A stretch of DNA of 62,334 bases, counting the filler, from a bacterium (GTDB lineage: Bacteria > JALSQH01): NCBI GenBank assembly GCA_027004335.1. It is 10 parts of 10 records of this genome, joined end to end, with 100 filler letters (N's around TTAATTAATTAA, not from the genome) between each part and the next. Parts side by side here need not be neighbours in the genome. Positions count along the whole stretch, not along the records: positions 44,489 to 48,902 come from JALTID010000066.1; positions 49,003 to 53,409 come from JALTID010000067.1; positions 53,510 to 57,879 come from JALTID010000070.1; 7 more parts are not named here. The stretch is one strand, 5' to 3'. A program made the position numbers and the translations under genes. The notes under the pieces were generated by a model, which saw only the letters and a program-made list of their open reading frames with translations, did not search any database and had not been told where the DNA came from. Below, piece by piece: positions 44,389-55,334 of this stretch; positions within the stretch are counted from its first letter, which is position 1, and each line of letters starts with the position of its first letter.

Positions 44389-44488
44389 NNNNNNNNNNNN
44401 NNNNNNNNNNNNNNNNNNNNNNNNNNNNNNNNTTAATTAATTAANNNNNNNNNNNNNNNNNNNNNNNNNNNNNNNNNNNNNNNNNNNN

Positions 44489-45255
44489 TCATATGGGGTT
44501 GCGTTCAGATTGGAAATATCACCACCGAGATCGTCATTACTGATTACTTCGCTTCCGACTGCCGGAGCATCAGAACTTGTTGTGCCTGGATCGTAGTAAT
44601 AAGCGATCAGTCTCTGTGTATCAGTTTTGATTCCATCTACCCAGTTTCTTAGCGCGTGTCCCTTCCCACTGGCGGCTGTTGAAGCATAGAGAACCGGATG
44701 GTTGCCATACATTCCTGCTGTACTGTAAGAATCATCATAGAAATCTAGACCACCTCCAATGTATAAGCTACCACTTTCAATATCGTTACCTGTTTGTTCT
44801 TTGAAAACCTTGATGATTCCATTTGTGAAAACTTCCAGTCCAGTGAAATTACCGTATTTAGTCCCATCTTTGTATATTACTTCCATGATTCCATCAAATT
44901 CATGAGACATGGGAGAAAGCCCCCCTTCGTTAGTCCACACATGGTATGGAAAATAATATAGAAAGCAGTGTGTCTCACCTTCGATTGTGAAGTAGTATAA
45001 GGCCGCCGGTAGACTCCCATCGGTACTCTCAGCATAGGGGATATTGTTGGATGGGTCAAAATCTCCATCAAAATCCACAGATGTGATTCTGTCAAATTTA
45101 GCAATGTTCTGGTCTGAAGATGCCACTTCCTGATAGATCACAGGAGCATAATACCTTGCCAGATCGTCACAGCTCAGAGTCGCTGCTTTTCCTGCTCTAC
45201 TAAAATCCATGACCCCTAAAAGGATCGCTGCGAAGAGTATTAGGTATTTTTTCAT
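44489..45255 (-). CDS. secreted hypothetical protein (3' end missing)
   Basis: Signal peptide; 'LARYYAPVIYQ', 'DFDGDFD', 'HEFDG'. Confidence 0.7.
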
Positions 45256-45386
45256 CTTATATCTTCCCTTTTTAACTATATTTAAGCAGAAAAATAAGAT
45301 ATTGTCAAGATGTTAAAAGTGTCAATTTTAGAGGTGCTGAGACGGAAGGTTGTTTTTTTAGAATGATTCTGCTAAAATTTATAGTA

Positions 45387-45671
45387 ATGAAAACAGAAAA
45401 AAGAGAAATTGAAGTTGAAATAGCAGGAAAAAAATTTACTCTTTATACTGCAGAAGATGAACAATTAATAAGGAGGGGAGAAAACCTTGTAAATGAGAGA
45501 TGGAATAAGGCAATAGAAAATTTAAAAAATGTTGATAGTTTTTCAAGGTTGCTTCTTCTCGCCTTTGACCTTGCTGTGGAGGTTGCAAAGCAGGAAGATT
45601 TAAAAAACGAACTAAATTTCCTGGATGCAAAGAGTAGAGATTTGCTAGAGAAGGCGGGAGGAGTTGTTTAA
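45387..45671 (+). CDS. zapA: cell division protein ZapA
   Basis: 'IEVEIAGKKFTL', 'LLLLAFDLA'; canonical zapA-6S-ygfA-rny synteny. Confidence 0.8.
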   Translation: MKTEKREIEVEIAGKKFTLYTAEDEQLIRRGENLVNERWNKAIENLKNVDSFSRLLLLAFDLAVEVAKQEDLKNELNFLDAKSRDLLEKAGGVV

Positions 45672-45680
45672 TAATTTATA

Positions 45681-45800
45681 ACAGGGGAAAGAAGAGGAAG
45701 CAATGACTGCTTTTCTATATAAAATTTTTTCAGCAGTCCTAGAAAATTTACTGATAAAGTTCAGAATAGTAGGCTAATTTCCCCCCTTCTTTCTCCCTGT
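45681..45800 (+). ncRNA. ssrS: 6S RNA candidate (short)
   Basis: Lies between zapA and the 5-FTHF cyclo-ligase; rod fold ACAGGGGAAAGAAG/CTTCTTTCTCCCTGT, CTGCTTTTCT/AGAATAGTAG, AT-rich central bubble, TCAG/CTGA. Confidence 0.6.
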
Positions 45801-45810
45801 GGGAGTCTTT

Positions 45811-46404
45811 ATGACGGTGAAGGAGGATGTCCGTAGGTTATGTATAGATTACAGGTTCTCGGTACCTCCACCTGAGAGAACTGTGCGGCAAAGAACCATT
45901 CTTTTTAAGATCATGCAATTTGTTTTAGAGGGAGAGTTCCATTCAGTGGGCTTATTCTATCCTGTGAAAGGTGAACCTGATTTGCGACTTCTTGTCCCAA
46001 TCTTTAGAGAAGAAGGAGTTGAGATTTCCTTCCCTGTAGTTGCTGGGGAAAAACTATTATGGAGTGTTTTTAATGGGTGGGAAAGGGGAAAGTTTAATAA
46101 ATGGAATATATGGGAACCAGAAGGCCCAGAGACTCTTTCTGAGCTTATTATTGTTCCCGGAGTGGCTTTTGACCTGATGGGCAATAGAATAGGTTACGGA
46201 GGAGGTTTTTTTGATAGGTTTCTGAAAGATTTTTCTGGAACATCTGTTGGAGTAGTTTTTCACAGGTGCCTTTTTACCTTGCTTCCCGCAGATGAACATG
46301 ATGTGAGAGTTAACTTTGTTATTTCTGAATCAGTAGTGGTAGGTGAGAAGGGATGGCTGAGATATAGAAAGGAGGTTGGAAATGTATCTGATTTATCTGA
46401 TTAG
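45811..46404 (+). CDS. 5-formyltetrahydrofolate cyclo-ligase
   Basis: [35 protein letters not shown]. Confidence 0.93.
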   Translation: MTVKEDVRRLCIDYRFSVPPPERTVRQRTILFKIMQFVLEGEFHSVGLFYPVKGEPDLRLLVPIFREEGVEISFPVVAGEKLLWSVFNGWERGKFNKWNIWEPEGPETLSELIIVPGVAFDLMGNRIGYGGGFFDRFLKDFSGTSVGVVFHRCLFTLLPADEHDVRVNFVISESVVVGEKGWLRYRKEVGNVSDLSD

Positions 46405-47941
46405 TATTGCTGTTGTTTCTGTTTTGTTTGGAGTTGCGGCAGGTTATTTCCTTGCCAGGAGAGTTTCTTCCAGGAGAGTGGATGCAGCGAGAAGATTATC
46501 TGAGGAAATTCTGGAAGAGGCGAAAAAAGAGGCTGAAACAATAAAAAAAGAAGCTGAACTGAAAACAAGATCAGAGTTCTTGAAGCTGCAGACAGAAATG
46601 GAGAAAGAATTCAGACAAAGAGAGGACGAGATAAGGAAAAGGGAACAACGACTGATCCAGAAAGAAGAAAACATTGATAGAAGAATTGATCAGATTGATA
46701 AGAAAGAGCAGGAGCTTCAGCGTAAGGAGAGGGATGTAGTAAACAGGGAGCTTGAATTTGAAAGAAAAATAAGCTACTATAATCAGCTTGTAAGCGAAGT
46801 TAAAACAAAACTTGAAAAAGTTGCCGGTATGACACAGGAGGAAGCTAAAAAAGAATTGAAGCAGCAGGTGATTGATGAGGCAAAGCATGAATCTGCCAAG
46901 ATGGTTAAACAGATAATTGATAGTGCAAAAGAGGAAGGAGAGAAAGAAGCAAAAAAAATTATCGCCATGGCTATCCAGAGGTACGCTGGTGATTATGTCT
47001 CTGAGTCCACTGTTTCGGTTGTATCTCTTCCCAACGATGAGATGAAGGGAAGAATAATAGGTAGAGAGGGAAGGAATATCAGAGCTATTGAAGCTGCCAC
47101 CGGTGTAGATGTAATAATTGATGATACCCCAGAAGCTGTGATTATTTCAGCTCATAATCCGGTTAGGAGAGAGGTAGCGAGGCTTTCTCTGGAGAAATTA
47201 GTAGCAGATGGAAGAATTCATCCTGCCAGAATAGAGGAAGTTGTCCAGCAGTCAAAAAAAGAAATTGAGAGAGAGATAAGAGAAGCAGGAGAAAAGGCGA
47301 TTTTTGACCTCGGAATTCAAAAGATTCATCCGGAGCTTGTAAAACTTGTGGGACGACTTAAATACAGGACCAGTTTTGCGCAGAATATTTATCTTCATTC
47401 CATTGAAGTAGGTTTTATTGCGGGTATTATAGCTGCTGAGTTGGGGCTGGATGAAAAAATGGCAAGGAGGGCTGGACTCCTTCACGACATTGGTAAAGCT
47501 GTGGATCATGAAGTGGAAGGTTCTCATGCGAAAATTGGTGCTGATCTTGCAAAGAAATATGGAGAGCCGATTGAGATTGTTCAGGCAATAGCCCAGCATC
47601 ATGATGATAATCCTGAAAGTATTCTCGGAGTTATTGTTCAAGCATCTGACGCACTTTCTGCTGCCAGGCCAGGAGCAAGAAAGGAGATGTTAGAAAACTA
47701 CATAAGAAGACTTGAAGAGTTAGAAAGTATTGCTGTGCAATTTCATGGTGTTCAAAAAGCATATGCTATTCAAGCTGGTAGAGAATTAAGAGTTATTGTC
47801 CAGAGTGATAAAATCACCGATGAAGATTCCCTGATGCTCTCAAGAGATATTGCTAGGGAAATTGAAAGTAACCTAAACTATCCAGGTCAGGTAAAAGTGA
47901 CAGTGATCAGGGAAACAAGAGCAATTTCCTTTGCGAGGTGA
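46382..47941 (+). CDS. rny: ribonuclease Y
   Basis: N-terminal TM, coiled coil, KH '[14 protein letters not shown]', HD 'GLLHDIGK'. Confidence 0.97.
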   Translation: MYLIYLISIAVVSVLFGVAAGYFLARRVSSRRVDAARRLSEEILEEAKKEAETIKKEAELKTRSEFLKLQTEMEKEFRQREDEIRKREQRLIQKEENIDRRIDQIDKKEQELQRKERDVVNRELEFERKISYYNQLVSEVKTKLEKVAGMTQEEAKKELKQQVIDEAKHESAKMVKQIIDSAKEEGEKEAKKIIAMAIQRYAGDYVSESTVSVVSLPNDEMKGRIIGREGRNIRAIEAATGVDVIIDDTPEAVIISAHNPVRREVARLSLEKLVADGRIHPARIEEVVQQSKKEIEREIREAGEKAIFDLGIQKIHPELVKLVGRLKYRTSFAQNIYLHSIEVGFIAGIIAAELGLDEKMARRAGLLHDIGKAVDHEVEGSHAKIGADLAKKYGEPIEIVQAIAQHHDDNPESILGVIVQASDALSAARPGARKEMLENYIRRLEELESIAVQFHGVQKAYAIQAGRELRVIVQSDKITDEDSLMLSRDIAREIESNLNYPGQVKVTVIRETRAISFAR

Positions 47942-47943
47942 TA

Positions 47944-48732
47944 ATGAGAATCCTTTTTTTGGGGGATATCATTGGCAAGCCGGGTAGAAGGAGTGTAAAA
48001 AGGTTCCTTTCTCAAAAAGAGCAGTTGGGAATTAATCTGGTTATTGCCAATGTGGAAAATAGTGCAGGTGGATTTGGCATAACTCCTCCAGTCTTCAATG
48101 AATTGAGAGAAATTGGTATTGATATTATGACCTCTGGTAACCATATATGGGATAAAAAAGAAGGTGCGAAACTTCTTGATGAGTATCCAGAAGTTATTAT
48201 AAGGCCTGCTAATTACCCGCCTGGTGTGAGAGGGAAAGGATGGGCTGTTAGAAAAGTGGGTGGTTTTAATATTGCGATCGTAAATCTGCAGGGAAGGGTT
48301 TTCATGGATCCCATTGATGATCCACTGCGAAAGGCCGAGGGAATACTTGCAGAAATCAGAGGCGTATCTGATATAATAATTGTTGATTTCCATGCTGAGG
48401 CAACTGCTGAGAAATATGCTCTTGGGTGGTATCTTGACGGAAAGGTAACTGCTGTGATCGGTACCCACACTCATGTTCAGACTGCTGATGAACGATTACT
48501 AAGGAAAGGGACCTTTTTTATAAGCGATGCTGGAATGTGTGGATCTGTGGATTCTGTGATAGGAACGCGGATTGAAGATGCTCTTTATAGGTTTAAGTAT
48601 CTTACACCTATTCGTTTCAATGTCGCCAGGGGTAATGAGGAGGTTCAGGGTGTTTTGTTAGATTTAGATGGATTTGGTAGGGTTATAGATTTTAAAAGAG
48701 TAAAGGAGAGGATAGAAAGTGAGCAAAATTAG
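47944..48732 (+). CDS. YmdB-family metallophosphoesterase
   Basis: [37 protein letters not shown]. Confidence 0.95.
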   Translation: MRILFLGDIIGKPGRRSVKRFLSQKEQLGINLVIANVENSAGGFGITPPVFNELREIGIDIMTSGNHIWDKKEGAKLLDEYPEVIIRPANYPPGVRGKGWAVRKVGGFNIAIVNLQGRVFMDPIDDPLRKAEGILAEIRGVSDIIIVDFHAEATAEKYALGWYLDGKVTAVIGTHTHVQTADERLLRKGTFFISDAGMCGSVDSVIGTRIEDALYRFKYLTPIRFNVARGNEEVQGVLLDLDGFGRVIDFKRVKERIESEQN

Positions 48733-48902
48733 AATCTCTTTTGATAAGGGATATGAGCTTTTAATGAGAGGGATAGTGGAGGTAATTCCAGATGATGGTC
48801 TGATTAAGAAACTTAAAATAGCCAAGGAAGAGGGAAGACCTCTTAGAATAAAAGCTGGTTTTGACCCAACTGCACCAGATCTCCATTTGGGACATACGGT
48901 TT
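48719..48902 (+). CDS. tyrS: tyrosyl-tRNA synthetase, N-terminal fragment
   Basis: [15 protein letters not shown] (HIGH motif); cut by contig end. Confidence 0.93.
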
Positions 48903-49002
48903 NNNNNNNNNNNNNNNNNNNNNNNNNNNNNNNNNNNNNNNNNNNNTTAATTAATTAANNNNNNNNNNNNNNNNNNNNNNNNNNNNNNNNNNNNNNNNNN
49001 NN

Positions 49003-51260
49003 GAGCTACACCCTGCGCTTTTCTTTTTTTTCGCCGGAGGGGGATAATTCACCGGTAAGCTGATCTGTTCAAAGACCTCAGGGTGATAATATGCCAGAAC
49101 AGAGAGTGAGATCAGTGAAGCTTCCCATACATGTGGAATAGAAGTTACATCCAGCCAGTGGTAGGTGTTACCTTCATAGATGGGCATGTATGCCTCACCC
49201 ACATGAAATGTGCCTTTGAGTGGAAGATTTACGGATAGTTCATGGACAATTTCCCCAAGGGTATCCCTCCTTGAATCAGTAGCAGGCAAAATATAATCCA
49301 TTGCCACAGCAGTTTTGGCATCATAGGCTGAGCCATAAGGAGAAGGATGAAGGATATTCCCCTGAAGGGTATTAAAAGCGTAATCAATCTGCCCCACCCA
49401 TCTTGGATCATTTTTTGGCCACAGTTCTACAGGCCACATTGCCCAGGAACCATTACCATAATATTCAAAATTACCGTTAAATCTTCTCAATTTTTTGTCA
49501 TAGAGATTCTCATAAATTGCCTCATTTAGCTCTTCTGCTCTACTTTCCCATTTCTTCATATCATCAATCTTACCCAGATACCCGGCAACCTCAGCAGCAG
49601 ATTTCAAACCAAGATACTCAGTTACTGCCCCCTGCAACCCCTGAGTGGGGAAAATATTATCATCCTCACTGGCAGGACATTGAAGCTTATTATCAGGATC
49701 CCTGCACTTCATCAGCGCCTCGGCAGCAAGTTTTATATCGGGATAAAACTCGTTGTAATACTCTTTCCTCTCCTTTTCATCACTGATAAACTTCCCATGA
49801 ATACACCATGACCAGAGGACAAGTCCCGTTTCATCAATTTCAAAATCAATGGGACCTCCTACCATGCCATCGGGGAAAAAATTCATGGCAAAGGTTCCAG
49901 CGGGGCTGTTAGGAGTAAGTGCCTTCTGATAATCCCACTTCCTCTGCATATCTGCGTAAAAATGCTCATGTTTCAGGACAAGATCATGGTACCCCACAGT
50001 ATCAAGGAAATAATTTATGAAAGCTCCATCCCTTGGCCAATCGAGGAAATATGGAGGCTGATTTGCCACAGAAGCCACAATAGCACCTGTCTTCTTATCC
50101 ATAGAGGTAGCGATGGTTATAACGGTGCGCAGGACAAAGCGTTTCTCATCCTCTGGAATATCCCCAGGGATCTTAGCCTTTGCCGTAAAATTTTCCCACC
50201 AGCCAAGGATATCTTGAAGGAGAGAAGAAAAACCACTATTTTTAACTTCAGACAAAGCGCTTAATGCTTCATCCTGTGTGTTAGCAGATGATAGATAAAT
50301 TGCATTCCATTCCCCACTCTTTACATTTCCCATAAGAGCTAAATCAACTCTGTTAGTAGAAATCTGATTCTCTGAAAGTTTACCATCCATCAGGTCCTGA
50401 TATGCATCCTGGATACTACTTCTCTGTAAAATCTCTCTATCAACTCCACACTGAAACTCGCTGATGGGGAAACTGGACCCTACAACAAGATATAGCCCTT
50501 TTCCAAAGTAATCCCCGATACCCTCTATCTTTGATTCAATATTTTCTCCGGAAATTGTTCCCAGCCACGAATTAAGTTTATCAAGACTATCCTGAGTTAG
50601 TGATGGTGGAACATAATCTATAAAATATTGACCTGTACGGGAATAAGAAAGTAGAAAACCTTTGTCTTTATCCATATAAGAAGAAAGAGGTACAAATTCA
50701 ATCCTTTTCATGGAAAGAGCCGGATTCAAGAAGAAGAAGAGTTTGACACCTGTGATCGTATCAGGATATCTTACATTAAATGCTATTGTGAGAACATCGC
50801 TCTCAGGATGCACAAAATCCACCTGTGTTACATCAATACTGTACTCATCAGAATGGAATCTATGAACAAGCACCCCGGAGTTATCTGTATAATATTCAGT
50901 GGTGACACTCCATGTTACAGGATCCCGAAAAAAAGTAACAACTTTTTTATCATTGAGAAAAAAAACCAGCCCCCCAAACCCTCCCATATTATCCAGTGCT
51001 CCAAGATGAGGCAGCTCCCTGGCATCAGGGGCACTTGAAGTAGTGTAATTCAACAATTCATAGTAGGAAGGGTTGGGCCATCGAAGCACCGTTAACTCGC
51101 CCCATTTTGAAAAAGCAGCAGTGGTACCACCCTCACCAACAATTCCGTAAATATTGGTGGCACCAAACATCAATTCCGCTTCATTAGCAGCAGGAAAGAG
51201 GAATAAAGGAAGGAGTAAAATTGCAAAGCAAATAAATAAATAACTTACTACCCTTTTCAC
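49003..51260 (-). CDS. secreted six-hairpin glycosidase (GH15/glucoamylase-like); C-terminal tail is on the contig starting 22454
   Basis: Signal peptide, 'GAIVAS', 'DWPRDG', 'FEIDETG', 'SEDD'. Confidence 0.75.
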
Positions 51261-51339
51261 AAGTTTAATTATAATAGAAAATGTTAAAAAAATGAAGAGC
51301 TCCTGAAATTTTTAACAGAGCAGGTTTTAAATTTAAGAG

Positions 51340-51367
51340 GCAGGGGCAGATAATCATCTGCCCCTCC
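51340..51367 (+). repeat. REP-like palindrome
   Basis: GC-AGGGGCAGAT-AATC-ATCTGCCCCT-CC; same family as 14800-14855 and 15031-15055. Confidence 0.65.
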
Positions 51368-51549
51368 TGGAAATTCAAAATCCGGATGATTCTCCAGATA
51401 TTTTGTTATCGTCCTATAAACAACATCATCCTTACGCAGTTCATCAAGGTATTTAATCATGTGTAAAAATTAGCAGATGATGGGAGAAAAAGCAAGAGGA
51501 CACTATTTCTCAAAGAGATGGGGGATACATCCTGCCCCCTTTGCTTAAG

Positions 51550-52011
51550 AAAAAGGATTTCTCAATATGATTCACTTGCTAAATTCCATTGCATTCTCAA
51601 ATGTGGGTTTTCTTTTTCAAAAAAAGAAAACCCACCAAAAGAAAAACATGCGACCCAAAAGCCGTTGACGCAATTGCGGAAGATATTCTATTTTCAAAAA
51701 AAGATAATATCCGGAATTTTGCTATGCGAACATAAATGGGCTACTCAATTAAATTCCAGAGATTCACGGCGCCCGTATATTCGCATTGACGCAAAAAAGG
51801 CGTATTTGCCTCCGCTGTATTACCTTTCTCTTTTCCAATCTGCTTCTCATGTATTTGCAGGTATGGATAACATAACCTATTTATAATAGCCCATCGGCTT
51901 TTGATCGGACAAAATGTCCGCTCAAAAAATTGCTACGGCTTTTGAAGGTCGCAAAAAAAGGAGGTTCGATTCCTGTTAATACAAGATATAGTTAACTCCA
52001 TAAACTTAAAA
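51550..52011 (-). ncRNA. dispersed structured element, copy B (longer form)
   Basis: Homolog of 19521-19860 plus a ~130-bp internal segment (51797-51927) with its own hairpins. Confidence 0.65.
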
Positions 52012-52019
52012 AGATTATT

Positions 52020-52085
52020 TCAGGGGTCAATATTTCTCAGATCCCGCTCGGCAGAATGTTTCCACAGGATCTTATAATAATCCAT
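52020..52085 (-). pseudogene. truncated RelE/ParE-type toxin (21 codons)
   Basis: MDYYKILWKHSAERDLRNIDP-stop overlapping the antitoxin 3' end; resembles the RelE N-terminal 'Y.I.....A..DL..I' pattern. Confidence 0.65.
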
Positions 52086-52293
52086 CTTTTTTAAGATGTT
52101 CTTTCAAGTCTTCAAACGAAATTGTGGGTTCATCCTTTCGCTCTGCAATCACGGCAAGATCATGAAGATCCTCTATTATTTTTTCATACTCTTCAATAGG
52201 GAGAACTACTGCGATCTTTTCTCCCTTTTCATTTACAATATATTGCTCATGAGCTTCATTTACCATAATTTCACTTTCTTTATTTTTTTTCAT
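52072..52293 (-). CDS. type II antitoxin (RelE-partner type)
   Basis: 'QYIVNEKGEKIAVVLPIEEYEKIIEDLHDL...ERKDEPTISFEDLK'; AGGAG RBS before ATG 52293. Confidence 0.75.
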   Translation of the reverse strand: MKKNKESEIMVNEAHEQYIVNEKGEKIAVVLPIEEYEKIIEDLHDLAVIAERKDEPTISFEDLKEHLKKDGLL

Positions 52294-52428
52294 ATTCTTT
52301 CTCCTGCTTATTCTATCTAATTTTATTGTATGCCGCGAAACAATATTTGTCAAAAATGAGAATTATCTCTATAGATAACCAATGTCATATTTCCCTCCTC
52401 TCTCCCGTTTATTTATTAGATATGCTCT

Positions 52429-52881
52429 ATGGTGGTGATATTTATGGAAATCAGGATCTTCAAATTGAGGTCGGCATTGTACTGGAAGGGGAAGAAGATA
52501 TACTCAATGGATCATATAAATCCATTCCTTGGAATAAAAAGATACGGAGATGGAAATATTAATTTTTATTCTGGATGCCCTATCTCATTTGTATGGGAAT
52601 TGGCAGGGAAAGGGGTTCCATTTTTTGATGAGACAGAGACAGAGCTCAAGCTCCCCTTTATTGTAGAGGTATGGAATGAAGTTATCATTCCAGAAAATAT
52701 GATCATAAAGGAATTAGCCACAATTCCCCGGAGAATATTCAGAGAAAAAATGAAAATTACAAAGTACCTGAGCAATGAAACAGATCCTGAGATTCTGTCA
52801 TTCAGGGAAAGGGAGAAGAACCGCTGGAAAGAAATTCTCCTGAGACTTTCATTATGCTACTTTCCCACGCTTAACAAATAA
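52429..52881 (+). CDS. hypothetical protein
   Basis: 150-aa ORF (alternative ATG 52444); no motif recognised. Confidence 0.55.
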   Translation: MVVIFMEIRIFKLRSALYWKGKKIYSMDHINPFLGIKRYGDGNINFYSGCPISFVWELAGKGVPFFDETETELKLPFIVEVWNEVIIPENMIIKELATIPRRIFREKMKITKYLSNETDPEILSFREREKNRWKEILLRLSLCYFPTLNK

Positions 52882-52882
52882 T

Positions 52883-52945
52883 TCACAGCTCAATTTCTTC
52901 AAGAATGTCTTCCAGGACTACCTTCAAGATCCGCCTTTTAGACAT
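52883..52945 (-). pseudogene. truncated HepT/DUF86 HEPN toxin (20 codons)
   Basis: MSKRRILKVVLEDILEEIEL-stop overlapping the MNT gene end; resembles the DUF86 N-terminus 'MSKR....LEDILE.IE'. Confidence 0.65.
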
Positions 52946-53234
52946 AGATAACTTCTTCCAATATGTAGGGCTTAATCCTCGGTTTTAGCGCTGTCTTGCT
53001 AACAAGATCCACAGGAATTTTAAACAGATCCTCAAGGTAAAATTTCAAACCCATGTAATTATCAAGGGTTTTAAATCCTTCTTTAAACTCAACAAGGATG
53101 TCGATATCGCTTTTCATGGTAGCATCTCCACGCACATAGGACCCAAAAATTCCGATCTCTTTTATACCAAATCTTTCACGGATCTCAGGATCATGTAATT
53201 TAAGAAGATTGATTATTTCTTCTAACTTCTTCAT
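52938..53234 (-). CDS. MntA-type minimal nucleotidyltransferase antitoxin
   Basis: 'IGIFGSYVRGD....SDIDILVEF', 'LEDLF..PVDLV'. Confidence 0.9.
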   Translation of the reverse strand: MKKLEEIINLLKLHDPEIRERFGIKEIGIFGSYVRGDATMKSDIDILVEFKEGFKTLDNYMGLKFYLEDLFKIPVDLVSKTALKPRIKPYILEEVIYV

Positions 53235-53509
53235 TGTTATCCCTAAATTGATTATGTCACAAAGAAAACTTTCAGTCAAATGGGGAATTATCAAATAATT
53301 ACTCTGTTCTCCCTTTAATCTCTATCCCCGAAAAATAAGTAGAAGAACAAACTGAAAATTAAAAACAGAACAAACAATATACCAAAAGGAGGAAAAATCA
53401 ACCACAGGGNNNNNNNNNNNNNNNNNNNNNNNNNNNNNNNNNNNNNNNNNNNNTTAATTAATTAANNNNNNNNNNNNNNNNNNNNNNNNNNNNNNNNNNN
53501 NNNNNNNNN

Positions 53510-54472
53510 AATTATAATAGTTCTTACATTATATTGTTTAGCGATCATGCTCACAACAACAGGTACCTTTCCATTCATGGTGGTCTTATCCACTTTACCC
53601 TCCCCTGTGATTAATAGATCCGCTCCCTGAAGAGCTTTTCGCAAGCCTGCCACCTCTGCAATAAACTCTGCTCCCATAACAATTTCTCCATCAAAAAGCA
53701 CATATAGCATTGCTGGAATACCCCCGGAGGCACCACCACCTTCAACCTCCTCTGGATCTTTCCCTGTGATACTTCTTACTATTTCGGAGAAATTACTCAT
53801 ACCCATCTCAAGGATTACAACATCCTCAGGAGAAGCTCCCTTCTGATGTGCAAAGGTCCTTACCCCTCCATTCTTACCCTGAAGTCTATTTTTTACATCA
53901 ACAAGGATTTTTATTTTTGCGGGAAAATTCTCACAAAGAGAAGACAGTTGTATCCTGTTAATCTTTATAAGTGATTCCCCAACAGGTTTTAACTCTCTTC
54001 CTCTCTCATCTAAAAATTTGCAACCAAGGGCTGCTAAAATTCCCATGGCTCCATCCACTGTTGAACTTCCACCTGCAGCAATCCAGATCTCTTTTGCACC
54101 CAATTCCACCGCTTTCTTTATCAGCTCTCCCGTACCATAAGTGCTGGTAAAGAGAGGATTCCTTCTCTCTTGAGGAACAAGAACAAGTCCTGCGGAGCTG
54201 GCAACTTCAACAACTGCAATTTTCTCATCTAAAAAAAGCAAAGGTGCTTTGTGCCTGCTATCAAGGAGAGGTGTCGAGACGGAGTAATATTTAATTTCTC
54301 CACCCAGAAGGTAATGTAAAACCCTGAATGTCCCATCCCCACCATCTGCAAGGGGAATTTTAACAACATCTGCCTCTGGAAAGACTTCTTTGCAAGCCTG
54401 CTCCATAATGTCCGCTACCCTGAAAACATCAATTGTACCTTTAAACTCATTGGGAGCAATGACACATTTCAT
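53510..54472 (-). CDS. glycerate kinase (3' end missing)
   Basis: IAPNEFKGT, PLADGGDGT, TSTYGTGELI, GGSSTVDG, LITGEGKVD. Confidence 0.93.
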
Positions 54473-54564
54473 GTGAAAAAGGATAGAGGAAATTAAGGAA
54501 AAAAGCAATCCGGGACAGATATCAAGAAAAGGAAAGCAATATACTACTTCTTATTCCGAAATAC

Positions 54565-55230
54565 TCAGGAGTTAACATCTAAAAAAATATCCACAATGTA
54601 TCGGCTTAATTTATGTTTCCGGGGAAAGTCAAGACAGTGTCTCATTACCTTTAATGCAGCCTCCCACTCTTCTTTCGTTTGGGGACCATCTACACTTTGA
54701 TCTCCTATAAAATAAACAAACAGTAAAAATACAGATTTCTTATGTTTCACCCTCAAAAACCATAAATGAGCAAGTCTGTTAGCATACTGGTAAAATTTAT
54801 CCGCCCAGCAATCATTACCTTGGATTTTCAAATCATTTTGAACTCTCTGGAAAGAATCTTTAATAAGACACAGAGACTTTCCCTGGGCTCTTATAGAAGT
54901 AAAGATCTCCTTTATATTTGCCTTGGCTTCAACAAGGATTATTTTACCATCATCTGTTACAGCAAGCGCATCCCATTGAGGTCCCCTTCCAGGCCAGAAA
55001 GAATATAGATCTATCATATCTGCCTTTAAACCAATTTTCTTAATAAATTCCTCGTCCCTATATTCTGCATATCTATCTTTGCTTAATGGCGATTTCCAGT
55101 TTATCTTTCCCTTAATCTCGGGAAAAACCTCTTTGATTGCATTATCAATCAGCCATGGCTTTTCATTGATAAGAATTTGAAGATCTCTTTGACTACCTGC
55201 TGTAGCTTTTTTCTGAGGAACCCTTGCCAT
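54565..55230 (-). CDS. hypothetical protein, putative PD-(D/E)XK nuclease fold
   Basis: 'PQWDAL....IILVEAKAN' and 'FYQYANRL'; promoter TTGACA-17-TATTAT at 55265-55293. Confidence 0.65.
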   Translation of the reverse strand: MARVPQKKATAGSQRDLQILINEKPWLIDNAIKEVFPEIKGKINWKSPLSKDRYAEYRDEEFIKKIGLKADMIDLYSFWPGRGPQWDALAVTDDGKIILVEAKANIKEIFTSIRAQGKSLCLIKDSFQRVQNDLKIQGNDCWADKFYQYANRLAHLWFLRVKHKKSVFLLFVYFIGDQSVDGPQTKEEWEAALKVMRHCLDFPRKHKLSRYIVDIFLDVNS

Positions 55231-55316
55231 CACTTCCCTCCTTACACAACTATATTCATCTAAAATAATATGAACCACAGAACAAAATGTCAAATGAGCG
55301 TCTTATACAAAAAGCT

Positions 55317-55332
55317 TGTTTCACATGAAACA
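55317..55332. promoter_or_regulatory. parS centromere-like site
   Basis: TGTTTCACATGAAACA, 15/16 match to the parS consensus TGTTTCACGTGAAACA. Confidence 0.75.
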
Positions 55333-55334
55333 TC

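Noticed and set aside
38979-48902. Split tyrS (N- and C-terminal parts on opposite strands)
   Set aside because: Both pieces run into contig ends; an assembly break rather than a split gene
51518-51886. 122-aa ORF across the structured element
   Set aside because: Not preserved in copy A (indels); substitutions follow base pairing rather than codon structure
51958-51975. GAGGTTCGATTCCT resembling a tRNA T-arm / att site
   Set aside because: No acceptor stem or CCA and no integrase nearby; too short to support
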